A stretch of DNA of 64,000 nucleotides, from assembly GCA_964016885.1 (NCBI GenBank), contig OZ024743.1:181846001-181910000 (forward strand), in the 5' to 3' direction. The first letter of the stretch is position 1, and every line of letters starts with the position of its first letter. The stretch is from Eledone cirrhosa (lineage: Eukaryota). The position numbers and the translations under genes were made by a program. Below are positions 51,790 through 64,000 of this stretch, in pieces. The notes under the pieces are model-generated. The model was not told the origin of the DNA, did not search any database, and was given only the letters and a program-made list of their open reading frames with translations.

Positions 51790-52443
51790 CTACCTAGTTG
51801 ATGTCTAAATTCCAACGAGAGGGTCTTGTATCTATGTTAGAAACTAATTCTCTCTCTATTGGTAAAAATTAATAAAATCATAAAACCAGAAGAACATACA
51901 TACATACAAAAGAAGGCATGCACAGTAGTGGAAGTTAGCTGCCCAGCAGGTGCCAATATAAAATCAAAGATTAGCGAAAAGGAGAATATTTATGCAGAAC
52001 TAATGAGAAATCTGCAGATACTCAACCCTGACTATACCTTCAGATTTATGCCTTTGATTATTGGGATACTGGGATATGTTAGTAACTGTCTCAATACAAA
52101 GCTTGAGAAGCTGGGCTTCACAGGAACAGAAAGAACACAACTAGTTAGGAAATTACAATTTTACAATCCATTAATGGAACAGTAAAAATATGCAAAACAT
52201 TCCAAACTAATAACTGCATATACACATGTACAGGTACAAAGCGTATGAACATGCACACATACAACTCAAAACATACACATCCACACATCAATACCTGCAC
52301 ACATATGCATGCATGCAGACATGACATGCAGATATATCTACCTAGTTGATGTTGTGTAAATTCCAATGAGAGAGTCTTGTGTCTATGTTAGAAACCGACT
52401 CTCTCTATTGGCAACAACTTGTGAAATTATAAAACCAGAAGAA
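51790..52443 (+). mobile_element. Two head-to-tail 3' fragments of an RLE non-LTR family (family C) with (CATA)n tails
   Basis: CTVVEVSCPAGANIKSKISEKENIY..PLIIGILG (RLE C-terminus); the 3' UTR ends AAAACCAGAAGAA(CATA)n at 51894 and 52443. Confidence 0.8.
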
Positions 52444-52689
52444 CATACATACATACATACATACATACATACATACATACATACATACATACATACATAC
52501 ATACATACATACATACATACATACATACATAATGTATAGTCACACACAAACATCCTCCATGACAGATACAGAGAATATAAGACCAACAAACAAAAGACGA
52601 TAGATAAGTTATTAGAAATAACGATGTTTCCAGCCTACTTCCGGTTAACTCATCACTCCTTTGATGACAGATAAATAACAAGTTAGTGA

Positions 52690-52693
<4 letters not shown>

Positions 52694-52733
<40 letters not shown>

Positions 52734-52786
52734 AGACGGAGAGAGAGAGAAACAGAGGGAGACAGGGAGAGACAGATTGACAGAAG

Positions 52787-52860
<74 letters not shown>

Positions 52861-52960
52861 GAGACAGAGAAAAACAGAGAGAAACAGAGAGAAACAGAAA
52901 GAAACAGGGATAGACAGAGATAGACAGAATTACAGAGAGACAGAGATAGAGAGATAGGGT
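52694..52960. repeat. (GA)n/(GACA)n compound microsatellite
   Basis: Seen directly in the sequence. Confidence 0.95.
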
Positions 52961-53301
52961 GAGACAAAACGGGGTAGAGACAGTGGAGAAGAGGGCAAGG
53001 TAGTTAAAAAATTCGACTATCCTCTAAAGTAAACGGATCAAGTGTCTATATATGTGGTGTCTTTTGCTCTCTTATAAGACATTGAATGAAATTAAAACGA
53101 TAAAGAAACGAAACAAAGTCACGGCTAAAGATGATGAGATGTCATTTCTTTGTTAGGGTTCTTATATTTCATTTGTGTCGGTATTTGAACTTATTTCATG
53201 ATTATTATCAAGGTAATAGTGGACCCGTGTCGTCAATAACAGTAATAGCCGGTGAATGTATTTTAAAGTTTGAAGTTGAAGATTGGTGTGTCATATATGA
53301 A

Positions 53302-53560
53302 AGCGCATGGCTTAGTGCCTAGAGAGCTGTGTTCGTCAATGTGAGGTTGCGAGTTCAATTTTCGGACCGGTTGATGTGTTGTGTCCTTGAGTAAGACACT
53401 TTATTTCACGTAGGTCCTTCTACCAGGAGTTGCGACCGGTAGATAGTATCAGCAATGGAAAGACCAATGGAAACATTGTTTCTTTGGACCGATTTGACGA
53501 GGTCCACCCCACTCGGCAAGCGAATGAGGTCTGGGATCTTATAGATCGATCAGAGCGATG
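53302..53560 (+). mobile_element. tRNA-derived SINE family 2; partial relatives at 50536-50634, 47245-47350 and 54855-54970
   Basis: A-box TGGCTTAGTG, B-box GAGTTCAATT, then TGTGTCCTTGAGTAAGACACTTTATTTCACGT. Confidence 0.65.
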
Positions 53561-54104
53561 TCATATATATATATATATATACCAGGATTACTGGACATGT
53601 GGACAATCATACAAAGCAGGAACTTTGGCTTTCAATAAATTCGTGGTTTGCATAAGAGAAACCCTATAATTTATGTTGATTACTGAGAAGTGGAAGTAAT
53701 TGAAGATAAAAATGAAATTTTAATGACTCGGGTCAAATGGAGACAGTTGCTTCTGACAGGACACGCTCTGGAAAGCGTGTTTGAGGACTCTGTCCTGTCC
53801 CAACGACTTCACAAGAAGAATAAAAAGAAGAAGAAGAACGCGGGTTGAGAACGTGACAGATTGGTGATTGGCGCGAATAAAACACCAAAACTGCAATATA
53901 GTGAGAAGTACGAAAAAGAACCATTCGCGCGAGTTAACAGTAAATGAGTGGGCGAAGAAGGTAGAGGGGCCTGTTCGAAAAATATATTGCAGTCTCTAGT
54001 TCATGCCATAAAAACTGGCGATGGGCCTGCGATATGTTCTGGGAGACATGGAATGAACGCACAAAGATTGCGAATCCCGAGAACCCAAAGAGAATTCGGA
54101 AGGG

Positions 54105-54665
54105 AGAAAACGATAACAATTGGAACATCACAACCCTTACAGGCAAGGGCATGAACTAGTAGAGGAGACTAGATTCTACCGGATAGATATAGTTAAGTTT
54201 TCCTCAACAAAGTTCCGTTGCTCTGATACTGTAGATTTGGATGGAGAATGGAAACTCCATTATTCAGGTGTGGCGCCAGACATGGCTGCACAGGCAGGAG
54301 TGGAGATACTCACAAGCCCCCGACTGTCAGAATGTTTCCCATTAGGAGGAAAGATTTGCCTTTTGAAGCTTAGGCTGAAAGTTAGGTCTCTATGGTGCAA
54401 GTTTAAACACCAAACAAGGAGTCCGTATACAGATCCTTTTTTGATGAAGCCACTGCAGCGTTCGATGTAGTTAAGACTGAGCCATGTGTCCTAATGTGTG
54501 ACTTCAATGCACATGTTGGTACTGATCACCTGGCATGTAAAAGAGTGATTGGAAGGAACGGTGGTCCCGAATGGAGAGGCCTTAAGAGACTTCTGTCCTT
54601 GCAATGGACTCTTTATAAATACCTTCTTTCAGCACAGAGATATCCATAAATATACATGGTATAAG
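54105..54665 (+). pseudogene. APE endonuclease remnant of an RTE (Expander-like) LINE
   Basis: WNITTLTGK-like start, ELVEE, WKLHYSGV..QAGVEILTSPRL, DFNAHVG, NTFFQHRDIHKYTW; several frameshifts. Confidence 0.8.
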
Positions 54666-55261
54666 GATCGTAACTTAATGCCTCGAGCATGGTTTTTCTG
54701 ATGCTCTACCGATTCTACTGCTAATCCAATGCCTTTATGCTATTCAAAATAATGAGATAGTGAACTTATCTCATGGATGACTTCAGCATCCAACACATAT
54801 AGTTACTCTGGACTAACAAGCTTAATGAGTTATTCAGTTTCGTGTTTCCTGTTCCGTGACTTAGTGGTTATAGTGTTTGGCTCATGATAGTAAGATTGTG
54901 AGTTCCATTCCCAGGCCGAGCGGATCATTGAGCTCTTGAGCAAGGCACTTTATTTAACGTTGCTCCAGTTAACCCATCAGGCAAAAATGAGTTCACCTGT
55001 AATGATAAAAAGCCCACTTTGTCACATTCTGTGTCTCTTTTCTGAGGAATGCTCAGCCACTTGAGACTTAACTTCACGTTGTTCTACGAACTGGAACACT
55101 AGTCGACGCAAGTGACTGGGGTCTCAGAAAAGCAGAAACCCCGTTCTCATTTCTAACCCTGTTAGATATCAATCAACATTTGAAGATAAAGAATTAGATG
55201 ACTTCCTTCTCTCTCTATCTTTAAATATACATTTTGTAAACAAGAGTTTTAATAGATGCTT

Positions 55262-55310
<49 letters not shown>

Positions 55311-55731
55311 TACATACATACATACATACATACATACATACATACATACATACATACATACATACATACATACATACATACATACATACATACATACATA
55401 CATACATACATACATACATACATACAGTGCAGTAAGTGAACTTTATATGTTAGAGAAGCATCTGTTGGCAATGGCGGGCATCTGAAGCTATTTGATCCTC
55501 ATTTCTCTATTTTGAACGTCCAAAAGGAAGTCAGATATCCACCTCTCCTAACCTATCCCAAATAATAAATGAAAAGCTGTCTAAACAGGAAATTCTTTTC
55601 CTTTCAATGACACTAGAAGCTCACAATCGTTCACAGATACGGAGTGTCTTTCGTGTGGTCAGACCCAGATTTACTACTGCAAAGGAGTGTTTCTGCTAAA
55701 AAAAGAAAACATATGTACAGTATATGTATAA

Positions 55732-55780
<49 letters not shown>

Positions 55781-56139
55781 TGCATATATGTATATGCGTG
55801 TATGTATACATACATATGTGTGTGTGTGTATCATCATATATAAATCATATATATATTTGTGTGTATATATAATATATATATATATATATATGCGTGTATA
55901 TATACATATATATATGTGTGTGTGTGTTTGTGTAAGAAACAGCTGTTGACATATATGCATTTAAGATTTGTTGGCTATTTTATTTTACGAAGCTGTTTAA
56001 ACAAAAACAAAACACACTGTTAAAGAGACCCAAAGAAAAAAATAAGACAAAAGAAAAGGAAAAATAATCAAGCTAAAAAGAGAGGGAGGAGCAACAGATA
56101 CCCCACCCCAGTCTGAGCGGGGCCACAGACACACCACAC

Positions 56140-56525
56140 GGACAAAATGGTAATGGTATTACCGCGGAGAATGGCCAGAGACTCTCGCTACAACAGCCAT
56201 CCCATCTCACGGGGCTCCCTTATCAAGCAGGCCACCGTCTTTATGATTTTACAGAGGAAATCAGCAGTACGGGAACCAAGGACACCAGAGGTCTCGACGG
56301 AGATGGGTACAGAGAGGAAGTGGTCGGTCAAACCCCGATATCTAACTCTCTTCCTCTCATCCGTGGGGACCAAGGATACCAGAGGTCTCGACGGAGACAG
56401 GTACAAAGAAGAAGCTCCATTATTTAACTATCTTCCTTTGCCCTGAATTGCGGGCAGCGGAGCCTACGTTTATGGCTGAAGTGACAAATCTGAATTTGCC
56501 TCCTTCAAAGGGTACGAGGGTTAAA
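56140..56525 (-). mobile_element. CRE-like RLE retrotransposon 3' remnant
   Basis: LTLVPFEGGK ... VPISVETSGVLG ... EPREMGWLL*RVSLAILRGN. Confidence 0.65.
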
Positions 56526-57067
56526 CGGTGAGAGGAATTTCCCAAAGAATCGGTGTGTGTTTCTTGAGTTCATGGCCATTCTCCTCCGGTAAAGAAGGGT
56601 ATCTACTAAAGGTAAAATAAAAATAATAAAAACATTTGCTAGACATAGCAGAACTACAAAATAAATGGACATTTAGTTGTTAGTCGTGTTGATGTCTGAA
56701 TATGTAAATATATGTTATTACATCTGACAGTTGGTGGTGGTGGTGGTGGTGCTGGTGGTGGTAGTGGTGGTGGTGGTGATGTTGGTGGCGTTGTTGTTGT
56801 TGTTGGTGGTAGTGGTGATACTAATCAAAGAAGGCCAGCATAGTCACACACTATCACGCTGAATCTTCCTGAGAATTACATTAACACTACACTTGTTTGT
56901 GGAATATTCAGCCATTCGCACGTTAATTTCACGGAAATGCTGTTCCGTTGATTGAACAACTGTAACTCTCATTGTAGAAACCGACGGTAATCCATTCAAT
57001 TCCTTTAATTGTTGTATGACGTAGTGTAGTGTAAAGAGATATAATGGCATGGCGCTGGTTGTGTATA

Positions 57068-58100
57068 CAGGGTGGCTAAAACAAAAACTGACCCGCGCAC
57101 ATTTTGTGTCACTGTATATTCATTTTCTAATCGAATAACCTTAAATTTCAGAACATGGCAGATACAACGTCTGAGAAGACAACAAGACCCCAATGGGAGC
57201 CCCAGGACTGGATTTTCTGTGTGAAACACTACTATAAGTGTGGCCTGTAAAAGCACGTTCAGGAGCAATTTTATGCATTTTTTTGAACGGATAAATCTAC
57301 CTTCAAAGCCAATATACAAAAGTAAGTGAAGTTTGAAACCTATGGGACAGTGGAGAAGCTCAACAGTATGTCTGCGGACAGTCATACCAACTCTGAATGA
57401 TTCTGAAGGTTATTGACATGGTCCGAGGATCTGTTGAACAAAGTCCCAAACGATCGCTGCGCAGAAGTCAATCCTTGGGTCTATCCACAAAAACTTGCAG
57501 AAGAGGATCTTAAGAAGAATTCCTACGGTATACAGACTAAACAAAGGCTTACTGCAGCTGATAGGACCAAAGGAAAGTCTATGGATGAAAAAATGCTGGA
57601 AAAGATGGAAAATAACCCAAATTTTCCGAATCTGCTGTAGACCTCTGATGAAGCCGACTTTCACTTCGAGGGAAAGATCAACTCTATGACCAATGTGTTC
57701 TGGGGACCAGAGAAACCCACTGAAGTGGCTGTGAAATCTCTCCACTCGGCTACATGTACTGCCTGGGCTGCGATTTCTGAGAGACGGTGGATTGGCCGAT
57801 TCTTCTTCGAAGAAAAGGGTATCACTGCTACAGTCATAATGGAAGGCTATGTGGAGGTCCTGGAAAACTTCACAAAAGAGTTATAGACCATGTACTCATC
57901 TCTAATGAATACGTTTTGGTTCCAGCAAAACGGAACAAGACCTCACTCCTCGCATGTGTCACGAGAATGGCCGAAATATGACTTTGGAAATGGTGTCATC
58001 AGTTTGAAGACTGATTTTGAGTGGGCCCCACACAGCCCTGATTTAAGTCCCCCATATTTCTTTTTGAGGGGATTTCTGAAGGGTAGTGTGTATATAAGTC
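57068..58100 (+). mobile_element. Decayed Tc1/mariner DNA transposon with DD41D-like spacing
   Basis: TA|CAGGGTG left end; SDEA, WAAIS, WFQQNGTRPH, WAPHSPDLSPPYFFLRGFLK; no right TIR found. Confidence 0.82.
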
Positions 58101-58225
58101 AACAAACCCAGAATCATCACTAATTCTGGGGTTTTTTAAATCAACGGAGACAACCTACAAAAATTACCGAATTTCAAACCCGCCCCGCTTATTATTTGGA
58201 ACCTGAGAGTATGTATGTATGTGTG

Positions 58226-59084
58226 TTCTTCTGGTTTTATAATTTCACAAATGTTTGCCAATAGAGAGAGAGTCGGTTTCTAACATAGACACAAGACTCT
58301 CTCATTGGAATTTACACAACATCAACTAGGTATATGTCTGCATGCATGTGTAGATATGGATGTTATTGTATGTGTGGATGTGGATGTTTTGAGTTGTATG
58401 TGTGCATGTGTATATGCTTTGTATCTGTACATGTGTATATACAGTTATTAGATGCAACATTTTGGGAATGTTTTACATATTTTTACTGTTCCATTAATGG
58501 ATTGTACTTGTAATTTCCTAACTAGTTGTGTTCTTTCTGTTCCTGTGAAGCCTATCTTCTCAAGATTTGTATTGAGGCAATTACTAACATACCCCAGTGC
58601 CCCAATAATCGCAGGCATAAATCTGAAGGTGTAATCAGGGTGGTGTATGTATGTATGTATGTATGTATGTATGTATGTATGTATGTATGTATGTATGTAT
58701 GTATGTGTGTATGTTCTGTTATAATTTCACAAATTTTTGCCAATAGAGAGAGTCGGTTTCTAACATAGACACAAGACTCTCTCATTGGAATTTACACAGC
58801 ATCAACTAGGTAGATATGTATGTATGTCTGCATGCATGCATGTGTAGATATGGATGTTATTGTATGTGTGGATGTGGATGTTTTGAGTTGTATGTGTGCA
58901 TGTATATATGCTTAGTATCTGTACATGTGTATATGCAATTATTAGATGCAAAATGTTTGGAATGTTTTACATATCTTTACTGTTCCATTAATGGATTGTA
59001 CTTGTAATTTCCTAACTAGCTGTGTTACTTCTGTTCCTGTGAAACCCAGCTTCCCACGATTTGTATTGAGGCAGTTACTAACAT
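58226..59084 (-). mobile_element. Two head-to-tail 3' fragments of RLE family C (58226-58640, 58714-59084) in (TATG)n
   Basis: Reverse complements of 52027-52443; (TATG)n at all three junctions. Confidence 0.85.
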
Positions 59085-59162
59085 ATGTATGTATGTATGT
59101 ATGCATGCATGTATGAACATCGATAGACTGATAGGTTAAGAAGTTTGCTTCGTAATCCTAAT

Positions 59163-59350
59163 CTTCTTCACCCACTTATTCCTATAAGGGTCGTGGAGGT
59201 AGAGTTCTCAAACACTTCTTCCAGCGAGTCCTGTCAGAAGCAACCGTCTCCAACTGATCTGGCTGGATTCCCGAGACCCGCCATGCTCATGGCTGTTATA
59301 CAACTATCTTGCTCCGGAGTTTACCCCTGGCTTTCCTGCCGGTTGGTTTT
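59163..59350 (-). mobile_element. RTE (Expander-like) 3' end fragment
   Basis: PTGRKARG ... GIQPDQLETVASDRTRWKKCLRTLPPRP. Confidence 0.6.
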
Positions 59351-60095
59351 TGCCATGTTATGCAAATATATAGAAATATATGACATGTTAGCAAGGGCTT
59401 TGTTTCAGGGGGTACCAGGGGACAAGTCCCCCCCCCCCCCCAAAAAAAAAAACTTTTTCAAACGTCTATATTTTATTTTTGGTTTATTTGATATAATAAA
59501 TTCTTTTTAAGCTTACTTTTTTTATATCTGAACTTCATTTGAATATATAAAATTTAATTAGCGTAAAATTTTACTTATGTGATAGGATCTGGGAAAGGCA
59601 CCATAAGTAATTTATGCACCTTTAAGAATCAACAAATGTTGGTATGTCCCCTTCACATTTTTAAGGCAAACGCGGCCCCTGCATTTTAGGCAAATATATA
59701 CAATATAACCGTAGACTTAGATCGAACGAAGCCTCAAGTGTGAAAATAAAGTTGGTCGTCGGAAACTGCGTAGGAAGCCGTCTTATCAGCTATACCTGTA
59801 ATTCAAAGAACAGCCGCGTAAAATTCTGCCTTGGGGATTACATTACGTGTACAAGTGACTGTGAAATACACACCTAGTTATACTATATAGATCTTTATTG
59901 ACACTGAACAGAACAGTTGTAGGAAAGCTAAGATGGCCAAATTAACTGAGTCATTAGGGCGTTGCTATAAAAACGCCTCTGCATTGGTTCCGCTTCACTG
60001 CTCTTTCAGTTTAAATACTGTCAAGGTCAACTTCACCTTTCATCCTTCTGAGGTTGATAAAGTACCAATTCAGTACACCGGGTTCTTTCTTTCAT

Positions 60096-60140
<45 letters not shown>

Positions 60141-60445
60141 AGAGTATTGAATTTTGCTTGAAGCATTGTGGAAAACAGCGGACAACAGAGGCCACGTACC
60201 GTTCCTCCCCGACAGATAACCTCCCCCCCCCCGGAAAAACCACCCAGTTGATGGATGCGAGGGACAATTAAATCTCTCCCAAGGTAACTCTATCTCGTGT
60301 TATTATTTTTATTTTTTACACTCTTTCCTACGTTCCTCTACACACTATACATCTCATTCTACATTCCCTTACATCTCTCTCTTCACCACCGGATTCTGTT
60401 ACCCGGAGATTTACCCATCTGCATTGTTGAGGCTTCCAAAACGAC

Positions 60446-60487
<42 letters not shown>

Positions 60488-60722
60488 GTGAGGTTTTTTT
60501 TACAAATTGAAAAATAACCGAGGTGTCCTACACGAGTGAGAGTATAAAGAAAAAGAGATGAAATCGAAAATGCAACTGGAGTCTTATTTTTTTTTTAAAT
60601 ATATATATTTATTTGGTTCCTTTACCGGTTTCGCAGTTCTTCTGCTTTTCAAAAGGTGAGTTGAGATGGAGGGTCTGTGGTTTTTCTCACATCTGTGGTT
60701 TTTCTCACATATATATATATAT

Positions 60723-61882
<1,160 letters not shown>

Positions 61883-61920
61883 TGAAGATCTAACACCTTG
61901 TCCTTTTTATTATTATTATT

Positions 61921-62127
61921 GGTAGTATCGGTAGAGAGTCGGACACCATGCTTTCCAGCATAGAGTTACAGCCCTTTACGGTCTGAGTTCAAATCCCGCC
62001 GAGGTGACTTTGCTTTCATCCCTTATGGGGTCGATAAAATAAAGCACCAGTAACGTACTGGGGTCGATTTCATCGACTCCCCCCCCCCCGCGCCAAAATT
62101 ACTGGTCTTGTACCTATACTAGAAATC
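61921..62127 (+). mobile_element. SINE family 1 flanked by (ATT)n on both sides; further partial copy at 62697-62805
   Basis: (ATT)4 at 61909-61920 and 62128-62140; ends AGAAATC-ATT. Confidence 0.85.
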
Positions 62128-62270
62128 ATTATTATTATTACACTGACCCCTGGCCTTGTGCCAAAAGTAGAAACAATTATTACACTCTACTTAGTACAAC
62201 ACCAATATCTACTGGAAACTACGCACCGAGAGCTCACTTTGGTGAACTTATAGTAACTGGACGTTACAAC

Positions 62271-62367
<97 letters not shown>

Positions 62368-62844
62368 GTTTGAAAACTGGTTAGACCATTACTCAATGGA
62401 GTACTCGATACTTGGGGTAGTAGAGTATGATTATATATAATTTCCTCCCGTTGTGTTGCTATAAAAAAAAAATGTTATATAAATACAAAGGGAGAAAATA
62501 CACCACTAATCACTGAAGATGTCACAGAAATGTGTGACGAAAGAACTTTGAGAAATTATATTTATGTTTTTAACTGGAGGTCAATCAATGAAAAACATTG
62601 ATTGCCAGCTAAATTGTTTATGGAAATATATAAAAATATACGGAAACTGAAGCGAAAACCAAACAGTGAGTGTGTTTTACTATTTTTTTGGCAATAATCC
62701 CGCCGAGGTTGACTTTGCCTTTCATCCTTACGGGGTCGATAAAATAAAAGTACCAGTAATGCACTGGATAATTGCTGGCCTTGTGCCTAAAGTAGAAACA
62801 AATATTAGGACAACATGACCCTCCCCAAATATAACAATTTAATA

Positions 62845-63050
62845 TTTTTCGGTTGTACCCCTGGCAGTGGAGACGTCTGGTGTCCTCGGCCCGAGGGCTA
62901 CCTCCTTACTCACCACCATAGGCGCTGAGCTCGCCAGCCGCAGATGTGAACCCCGCGAGTTGGAGTGTTGGAGTGGCTTTTCCAGCGCGTCTCCCTTGCC
63001 GTCCTCCGTTGGAACGCCTTGTTCATCCTGTCCGTCGGGGCTGGGTGGGG
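62845..63050 (+). mobile_element. CRE-like RLE retrotransposon 3' remnant
   Basis: VVPLAVETSGVLGPRA..EPRELE / WLFQRVSLAVLRWNA. Confidence 0.65.
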
Positions 63051-63889
63051 GGCATCGGGTAACATTCCACATTTAGGTATCTGTTACAACAAAGCTGTGT
63101 ATATCTCTAGTATCCTTGTATTTTACTTAACGTATTATAAAAAGGAAAAGTAATGTTTTACTGATAACCATCTCCTTATATATTTTAGTGACTGGTATAA
63201 GATAGTGATGTTCTACAGAAAGCAGCCCACCTAGAGAGCTGTATAGAGTCACATTGACTTAGATTGTCATGGCCAGTTTTATTGATCTAACAACAGAATA
63301 TTCATTGTCGAAACCGACGGAGGCCTCATGTTTTAATATTTATATGTAAAAATGGAAGTCGGTGGTAAAATAATGATAGTAGTGGTACATATACTAATAT
63401 GTATGTAAGCCTGTGTGCGTATATATATATTCATTTGTTAAGGCTAAATAGGGAGTCTTGTTACTCTGGATTATCGCCTGTTTATCAGTCATCAGACAAG
63501 AACTTTTATACACACTTATATACATACACATATACGCACTTATATACATACATACACATGTATATACATACTTATATACATACACACATACACACTTATA
63601 TACATACACAGTTATATACATACAAACTTATATACATAGAACTTATATACATACATACACATGTATATACATACTTATATACATACACACATATAGACTT
63701 ATATACATACATACATATATATTTACACAATTATATACATACACAATTATATACATACACAATTATATATGTGTGTGAATATAAGTGTGTATGTATATAA
63801 GTGTATGTATGTATATATACATACACACATATACACATACATACATACAGTATATATATATACACACTTATATACATACACACTTATAT

Positions 63890-63951
<62 letters not shown>

Positions 63952-64000
63952 ACGAAGGAAATGTGGTAAGGAACCAGGTGGACCATAACGCACCAAAGTA

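Noticed and set aside
52605-52680. Minus-strand hammerhead-like motif GTGATGA...GAAACATCGTTA
   Set aside because: Core C3 is altered and the helices pair poorly; at best a decayed remnant.
55631-55700. Possible terminal host exon on the minus strand (TTTTTTTAG acceptor, [20 protein letters not shown]-stop)
   Set aside because: A single short candidate with no recognisable homology and no partner exons.
58150-58211. TTATTATTTGGAACCTGAGAGTA, resembling a DNA-transposon TIR
   Set aside because: No partner TIR in the window, and it does not match the CAGGGTG end at 57068.
59392-59681. Possible hAT-like MITE (CAAGGGC...GCCCCTG ends)
   Set aside because: TIRs are short and mismatched, and there is no clear 8 bp TSD.

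Overview
Animal nuclear DNA that is very rich in repeats. The SINE families and the density of (TA)n, (CATA)n and (AAT)n tracts suggest a coleoid cephalopod such as Octopus (inference). I could not support any host gene; nearly every long ORF belongs to a retroelement. The centre (about 14.3-45.9 kb) is a 31.6 kb pile-up of non-LTR retrotransposons, almost all joined through (AAT)n tracts, with strict strand polarity. Two families of R4/Dong-like RLE elements always lie on the AAT strand. Three full-length L1/Tx1-clade elements (one with both ORFs intact) and a tRNA-derived SINE always lie on the ATT strand. The SINE 3' end resembles the Tx1 3' ends and it also inserts at ATT repeats, suggesting a Tx1-SINE partnership. 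Two insertions on this strand are flanked by unusually long direct duplications (about 2.7 kb and 0.5-0.8 kb). The flanks hold Penelope-like elements and pLTR remnants with hammerhead ribozyme motifs in (TA)n, an RTE with three C-terminal C2H2 fingers, a (CATA)n-associated RLE family, CRE-like and DD41D Tc1/mariner remnants, and several fold-back palindromes. All comparisons were made by eye, and no database searches were run.
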